The position numbers and the translations under genes were made by a program. A stretch of DNA of 27,331 nt from Planctomycetia bacterium. GTDB taxonomy: Bacteria > Planctomycetota > Planctomycetia > Planctomycetales > Planctomycetaceae. A model generated the notes under the pieces. It did no database searches, was not told the origin of the DNA, and saw nothing but the letters and a program-made list of their open reading frames with translations. Location of the stretch: positions 1 through 27,331 of the forward strand of contig JAYTRB010000037.1 of the NCBI GenBank assembly GCA_043746425.1, given 5' to 3'. This document shows, one piece after another, positions 21,787 to 27,331 of the stretch (position 1 is the first letter of the stretch; the number at the start of each line of letters is the position of its first letter).

Positions 21787-24700
21787 TCATTTCAGGGGTA
21801 CGAGCCGGATCGTTTTCAAATCCATCAGCGCCCCCTGGGGCTTCTTGCGGGGCCGCAACACGATTCGATGTTCCCCGGCCGCAAGTGTAATCTCGCCGAC
21901 TTTTTCTTGCCGGTACGTGTTCCAGTCGCTTGTCGACTCGACCTCGCCGGTCAGGTTGCCGCCCGTTGCCTCGAGCTGCCACAAATTGCCGGCGACGCTC
22001 GCATCGCAGGCCCAGTTGAATTCGACGGCATATTTGCCCGGCCCAACGGCTTCGAGGTTCCACACGGCATGGTCATCGAGACTGCTCCAATAGCCGAGAT
22101 TCTGGTATTGCGGCTCGAAAAGCAGCGTGCTGCCGTAGATCTCGCAATCAGCAGCCGACAGGATCAGTGAGCCCTCGGCACCGGGCGCGACCGACCGCGG
22201 TTCGTTGCCGACCATCTGCTTGCGTTTCGGCAGCGGAACATTCAATCGGACGAAAGCGATAATGTCGGCCAGATCCTGGGGCGGCAGATCCTTTTCGAGC
22301 CCTTCGGGCATCATCGATTTCGACGTACCGACGAGTTCTTCGAGTTCAGACCGCAGAATTGTCTGTTCTTTTCCTTCGGGCCCGCGCAGCGTGATGCCGT
22401 TTCCTGTTTCGGAAGCCAACATGCCGCTCAAGGTAGTACCTGATTTCGTCTGAGCAACATAGGTAAGGAACTTGCTTTCGACAGCTCGATTCGGGTCGAG
22501 GATGGCGACCAGCAGGGCCTCAGAAGAATTGTTAGTGAGCGAAGTCAGATCGGGGCCAACTTCGAATCCGACGCCAGCCAGCTTGTGGCACAGAGCGCAC
22601 GCTTTTTCAAATCTCTTCGCCCCCCGAACCGGGTCGCCTGGATCGGTGTGAGCCATCTGGTACTGGCCGATGACTTTCTGACGGTCGGCGTTAACCTGGG
22701 CGGCAAAGGCCTTGACTGCTTTCTGCCGCACGTCAGGCGAACGGTGTTCAAGAAGGCGTTGACGCCGTGCCGCGTCGACATCGGTTCGCGCCACCGATTC
22801 CTCGGCGATGGCGGCCAGCAGCTGCTCGGCCCACGCATCGCGACTCAGCAGAATATCGAGCACCTGCGAACGTCGGGAGGGTCCGAAGCCCTTCCAATGA
22901 TCCAGCAGCAGTCCCGGAACCCGAGAGTGGTGTAAACCGCCCAGAGTCCGAAGAGCTGCGTCCTGCACTTCGATCGGGCTCTGCGGTGTCAGCAGCGATC
23001 CGAGCAAGTCGAAATCGGCCTCCTGCCGGGCGGCCTGACGCCCCAGCAGGGGCACCGCCCAGACGCGTACGTCTGGTTTGTAATTCTCATTGGCGGCGAC
23101 CTTGCGAGCCGTTTCAAACAGCCGCTCGACGCCGACCATAAGCTGCTCGACGTCTGCACCTTTTGCCGCCTGCAATTTGTCGACGAGCGACTCGCTTCTT
23201 CGTGCCAGAGAATTCAAAAGGCGTGCCAACGCGATGAATTTCCAGGGTTGCGGCCGGTCGCCATCCCGTACCACGACGAACTTTACAAGCGTCGCGACAG
23301 CCTGATCGTTCCCGAATGCCGCCGAAACGTCCATCAGATCGCCGATCACGGCTGCATTCGCGCCAGTCTGCCCCGTCTCCCTGAGCACGGTCGTTAGAAC
23401 CTGCACAATATTCTTGTCGTTGACCGAGCTGAACAGGGCCGATCGAATGAACTGGTTGTCGCTGGCGGTCGAGAGCAACTGCCCCAGCAGCGCGGCTGCT
23501 TCCGGCTCGTCGATCTCACCCAGGGTGTAAGCCAACTGCATTTGCTCGTGCGGGTCGCAATCGGGCGCCAGGCATCTGTTCTTCAATGCCCCCAGCAGAA
23601 CTCGGCTCAGTTCGCCGCGAAGCATGCCCGCCAGCCGAATCGCCTGCCGCCGCACTCCGGGATGAATGTCGTCGATGGCCTCGACCAGAACCTGTTCAGA
23701 AACGGGACCAAAGCCCGAAAGTGAGCAAAGCGCATGCAGTCGGTAAAGCGGGTTCTTACCTTCAATGGCGGCCTTTTTGAGCAGAGGGACAGCCGCCGGT
23801 TCTCTGCCGATCACCAACAACTGCTGCGCCACATCGCGCTGCCAACCGCTGGGGCTATCGAGCGCCGCCACCAGCCCGGCTGTATCCAGCTTGTCGAGCC
23901 GCGGAAACGTTCGCGGTTGCTTGTCGACCGGGTAAACGCGGTAGATACGGCCTTTGTCGTGGCCGGCCCGCAGATCGAGTTTTTTCTGCCAGGTGTCAGG
24001 AATCCACTGCGGATGTTCAATGACGTGCCGGTACATGTCGGAAATCCACAGTGCGCCATCGGGACCTGTCTTAACAGTCGTCGGCCTGAACCAGTTGTCG
24101 CTGGAAGCCAGAAATTCTGATTGTTCTTCATCGACAGCACGGTGGCTTGTGAATAACAGGCCGGTGGGCGAGACCACTTCGCGGTGGACGAGATTATGCA
24201 CCGGTTCGCAGATGAACGCATTGCCGGCAAAGTGCGGGCCGAACAGGTCGTCTCGATAAATCATCGCGCTGCATGCTGACGTGAAATGGTTGGCGGTGTG
24301 GAAATCATTAAAACGCGACTGCAACTGGCTGACAGGATAGACCGGCGCGTTGCCAGCGACTTCAGGAACGTCGACACGCGGCGCGGTTGCCGAAAAGTGT
24401 GGATTGCGTCGCTGGGAAGCGTCGTCAAGCACGAACTGATACAGCGGGTTTGAATTGTTGCAACCGAACCAGTTTCCCCAATCGTCCCGGCTGCGCCCGA
24501 ACTGCGTCTGCCCGGTGACGGCATCGAGGTCTCCCGTGTCGGGCTCGATTCGCAGATCGCGGCCGTTGATGCTCACCTTCTTGCCGGTCTTCTTCGACTC
24601 AATCATGCCGCCACTGTCTCCGTTGGCGACATAAATCCAGTTGTCGAGCCCCCACACAAGACTGTTGACGCGGTGCTGCTGATTACCTTCAACGAATCCA

Positions 24701-27105
24701 GTGTAGAGCACCTCACGCCTGTCGGCGCGGCCGTCGCCGTCGGTGTCTTCGACATAGAGAATGTCGGGCGCCGCGGTGACGAGAATTCCGTTCCGCCAGG
24801 GAAGAACGCCGGTGGGAAAGGGAACGTCAAGAAACACTGTGGCCTTGTCGTACCGCCCATCGCCGTCAGTATCTTCGATATAGCGGATCTGGCCGCCTGC
24901 TCGCTGCAGTGGCTCTTCCTTGGCGCCCAGAGGGTAATCCCCCATCTCGACGACCCACAGCTTGCCGTCGGCTCCGAACGCGAACGAAATCGGATCGAGG
25001 ACCAGCGGCTCGGCAGCCAATAATTCGACCTTAAAACCGGGGCGAACGCGTATGCTGTCGAGCGACGCCTTGGGCGACTTGGCCTTGGGGGGCAGATCGG
25101 CCTGAGCGAGAATCTCGTTGAATGACCGACGGTCTACGAGATCGGGAAGCTTTGCCGTATCTTCGTTCTGCCAGAAGAGGTACCGCGAATGGACGAAATA
25201 GCCGTTGTCGCCGCCGTCGGCCCGAACGATGGGAGGCAGGTCAAAGGGGGCGGAAGACGTTGCAACTGGCTCACGTCGGCCGCGCGCCACAGCGATGCGG
25301 CTCCAGCCGGTTTGCATGTCGTTGAACAGATAGACGCCGAACCTCTCTGCGTTGGAAAAGACGATGTCGTCACAGCCGTCTTCATCGATGTCAACAAAAC
25401 GCAGGCCAGACCCGGGTACCAGCGGTCCCGGCTCAAGTTGATTCGCCCAGAGGGCTGTTCCCGCGGGCAAACCGAAGGGCAGTTTTCGCCATGTCTTTTC
25501 CAGCGCATCAAATCGATAAATGGCAACGGCAGCGGACGAGCCAATGAACAACTCGCAGATGCCGTCGCCGTCAATATCGCGGAGCCGAGTACCGTCGCCC
25601 CCTGTGGGAATTGCCGGTGCATTTTCGCGCTCCAGTCCGCGAATAAATGAGGGATCCAATACCCACTTGTCATCCTTGAAGAACCAGAATCCAGCCGAAG
25701 GGGATGACTTCGGAGATGTTCTGACGACACGTAAATCATCGAGCAGGAACGTTGCGCGGCCACTCTGATCCAGAGTTCCGATTCGCGGAACCAGATGGGT
25801 GGCATCGCCCGCCGTTGTGCTCGCCAGGACCATTGGAAGTTCGATCGTCCGCGATTCGCGTTTGTCTGGTGTCCAGATCTCTGTTTCCAGAGGAGTCGCT
25901 CCGGCGATCTGCCGGCCGCCAGGCCCCAGGGGGCCGCCGCGGATGACGTCCATGTACCCGTCATTGTCGATGTCGAGAATCCGATATCCACTTTCAAAAC
26001 CCTTGGATCCCACGCCGGTTCTGTTCAGCAAGTTGCGATCGAGTCTGTGGTACGCCTCGCGAAACGTCATAAACTTCACCCTCTTGCCGTGCTTCGCAAC
26101 GGCGTGATCAATGATTTCTACGACTTGTTCGGCTTTGATCCAGCCGTGGGGGTGGAAGACGAGGTTGTAGACTCCCTTTTTGAGGACGGTAATATCGAGA
26201 GCTGCCTTCAGATCGCGGATCGTGTCGGGGTTGTTCGACTGTTGCAGGTGCTGGGCCGACCAGTCACTCGGAACGACGCAAGGAAATTCCCAGCAGTTCC
26301 GGTCGACGACGTAGGGATAGGGGTAATCTTCGATGTAATTCACGAAGGTATCGAACGCCATTCCGTCGCGCACCAGTCCCCGGGGAAGGTACTTACGAAA
26401 CTTGTCGCGGCCGTCGGGGTCGAACACCAGCTCGCGGGGAATGTCGAGGTCGTTCGGCGTAAAGAGATTGAAGACTGACGAACTGATCTTCAGAGAATTT
26501 CCCTTGGCGGTCGTTGTGCTAAAAATCTCGGCGTAGAACCGGGGGCTGACGGTGTTCAGCGAATCGCAGCACGGCATGCGAAACGCGACGGGCTGGTTGC
26601 CAGGGATGTCATTCATCAAGTCGACGCAGCGGTCATATGTCGCTTTGGCCTTTGCAAAATCACCACCCTGCAGGAGCGGGCAGGGATGATCGAGCGTGTG
26701 AACTTCCAGGGAGAGGCCTTCGGCGAGCCACTGCGCCAACTGCGGGTCGTCGGGCTTCACGTTGCAGGTCATGATGCTGACGGGCGCACGGCCATCGATC
26801 TTCTTCAGACGATCGAGAATTGGCCGCAGAAAGGCCTCGTATTTGGCAGGCTCTCGCATGTCGTCGATGGCCAGGACAATGACGCAGTCAACCCCTTCCT
26901 CGCCGACCCACTGAGGCGTGATCAGCCTGGGGAATTCGCGGTGCGGATACCAGGGATTGTTTTCTTCGAGATAGGCCAGGCGATTGCCGGCGCGACTCTT
27001 GCGGGCGGCGGCTTGCGCGGGCTCGACAGCCACGCTCGGTCGCGCGGTGAACCACAGAATCGCAATGAGTGCAACACAGACGGTATGCAGCAGATTCCGA
27101 TGCAT
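21787..27105 (-). CDS. Large secreted PVC-type heme-binding CxxCH protein: CE4/NodB deacetylase + FG-GAP-like repeats + dehydrogenase-like beta-propeller + helical (HEAT-like) region + cytochrome c + CBM-like C-terminus
   Basis: Signal peptide after ATG 27105 (GGAAGGA RBS). CE4-like motifs AIDD/HTLDHP/RMP/SDW/VFH. Five DxDxDG motifs. Propeller signatures GFKVELLAAEPLV.DP...DGKLWVVEM..YP, WGLDNWIYVA, WFRP...GPDGALWISDMYR...GRIYRV. Heme motif CALCH with VGPDLT and KSMMPEGLE. C-terminal beta-rich domain GYW..LDDHAVW...GKYAVEF. Confidence 0.88.
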   Translation of the reverse strand: MHRNLLHTVCVALIAILWFTARPSVAVEPAQAAARKSRAGNRLAYLEENNPWYPHREFPRLITPQWVGEEGVDCVIVLAIDDMREPAKYEAFLRPILDRLKKIDGRAPVSIMTCNVKPDDPQLAQWLAEGLSLEVHTLDHPCPLLQGGDFAKAKATYDRCVDLMNDIPGNQPVAFRMPCCDSLNTVSPRFYAEIFSTTTAKGNSLKISSSVFNLFTPNDLDIPRELVFDPDGRDKFRKYLPRGLVRDGMAFDTFVNYIEDYPYPYVVDRNCWEFPCVVPSDWSAQHLQQSNNPDTIRDLKAALDITVLKKGVYNLVFHPHGWIKAEQVVEIIDHAVAKHGKRVKFMTFREAYHRLDRNLLNRTGVGSKGFESGYRILDIDNDGYMDVIRGGPLGPGGRQIAGATPLETEIWTPDKRESRTIELPMVLASTTAGDATHLVPRIGTLDQSGRATFLLDDLRVVRTSPKSSPSAGFWFFKDDKWVLDPSFIRGLERENAPAIPTGGDGTRLRDIDGDGICELFIGSSAAVAIYRFDALEKTWRKLPFGLPAGTALWANQLEPGPLVPGSGLRFVDIDEDGCDDIVFSNAERFGVYLFNDMQTGWSRIAVARGRREPVATSSAPFDLPPIVRADGGDNGYFVHSRYLFWQNEDTAKLPDLVDRRSFNEILAQADLPPKAKSPKASLDSIRVRPGFKVELLAAEPLVLDPISFAFGADGKLWVVEMGDYPLGAKEEPLQRAGGQIRYIEDTDGDGRYDKATVFLDVPFPTGVLPWRNGILVTAAPDILYVEDTDGDGRADRREVLYTGFVEGNQQHRVNSLVWGLDNWIYVANGDSGGMIESKKTGKKVSINGRDLRIEPDTGDLDAVTGQTQFGRSRDDWGNWFGCNNSNPLYQFVLDDASQRRNPHFSATAPRVDVPEVAGNAPVYPVSQLQSRFNDFHTANHFTSACSAMIYRDDLFGPHFAGNAFICEPVHNLVHREVVSPTGLLFTSHRAVDEEQSEFLASSDNWFRPTTVKTGPDGALWISDMYRHVIEHPQWIPDTWQKKLDLRAGHDKGRIYRVYPVDKQPRTFPRLDKLDTAGLVAALDSPSGWQRDVAQQLLVIGREPAAVPLLKKAAIEGKNPLYRLHALCSLSGFGPVSEQVLVEAIDDIHPGVRRQAIRLAGMLRGELSRVLLGALKNRCLAPDCDPHEQMQLAYTLGEIDEPEAAALLGQLLSTASDNQFIRSALFSSVNDKNIVQVLTTVLRETGQTGANAAVIGDLMDVSAAFGNDQAVATLVKFVVVRDGDRPQPWKFIALARLLNSLARRSESLVDKLQAAKGADVEQLMVGVERLFETARKVAANENYKPDVRVWAVPLLGRQAARQEADFDLLGSLLTPQSPIEVQDAALRTLGGLHHSRVPGLLLDHWKGFGPSRRSQVLDILLSRDAWAEQLLAAIAEESVARTDVDAARRQRLLEHRSPDVRQKAVKAFAAQVNADRQKVIGQYQMAHTDPGDPVRGAKRFEKACALCHKLAGVGFEVGPDLTSLTNNSSEALLVAILDPNRAVESKFLTYVAQTKSGTTLSGMLASETGNGITLRGPEGKEQTILRSELEELVGTSKSMMPEGLEKDLPPQDLADIIAFVRLNVPLPKRKQMVGNEPRSVAPGAEGSLILSAADCEIYGSTLLFEPQYQNLGYWSSLDDHAVWNLEAVGPGKYAVEFNWACDASVAGNLWQLEATGGNLTGEVESTSDWNTYRQEKVGEITLAAGEHRIVLRPRKKPQGALMDLKTIRLVPLK

Positions 27106-27331
27106 GGCGTTCCTTCCGGTGCCCAGAGTCGCTGGCGGAGCAGATTCCGCGAGCGCACCCATGTTGCCGCCGGCAAGGCGCGTCTGTCAAGTGGCTTGGT
27201 GGCGATGCAGAGTGCCGGTATCGCTGCCAAGTCGATGCAGGCGACGTCGAGCAGCAGCAGCAATCTCGATGGGACAGCACTGCTGAAACTCGGGCTCGAT
27301 CCTGCTGCTTCCCAGGACGCCTGGGTACTTG

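Noticed and set aside
27162-27190. Perfect TTGACA on the minus strand upstream of the large gene
   Set aside because: No convincing -10 at 16-18 bp (best is CAACAT).
27205-27331. Open + frame MQSAGIAAKSMQATSSSSSNLDG... running off the window
   Set aside because: Only 42 codons are visible, with no RBS or recognisable motif; it cannot be supported without flanking sequence.

Overview
The window is most likely from a Planctomycetota chromosome, inferred from a DUF1549/DUF1553 protein, a PVC-type heme-binding CxxCH protein and the RpoB cluster-I sequence. Bases 1-11686 are the core + strand cluster secE(5' partial)-nusG-rplK-rplA-rplJ-rplL-rpoB-rpoC, closed by two hairpins. Bases 11916-27105 hold: a membrane-anchored SGNH hydrolase (-), a DUF1549/DUF1553 protein (+), a hairpin-rich 390-bp convergent spacer, dapB (-), a + strand run of exported isochorismatase-ThuA fusion, YdcF/DUF218, GAF-PP2C phosphatase and nadC, and a ~1772-aa secreted protein (-). 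That protein combines a CE4 deacetylase, FG-GAP-like repeats, a dehydrogenase-like propeller, a helical region, cytochrome c and a CBM-like domain. I see no mobile element, CRISPR array, tRNA or rRNA. I cannot demonstrate a new multi-gene system here, and most of the window is ordinary. The best leads are the structured spacer at 15518-15907, the giant deacetylase-cytochrome c fusion, and two RpoC oddities (trigger-loop FHGGG and a 32-aa tandem duplication). All family calls are by-eye motif recognition with no database searches, and start codons were refined from RBS-like motifs and expected protein N-termini.
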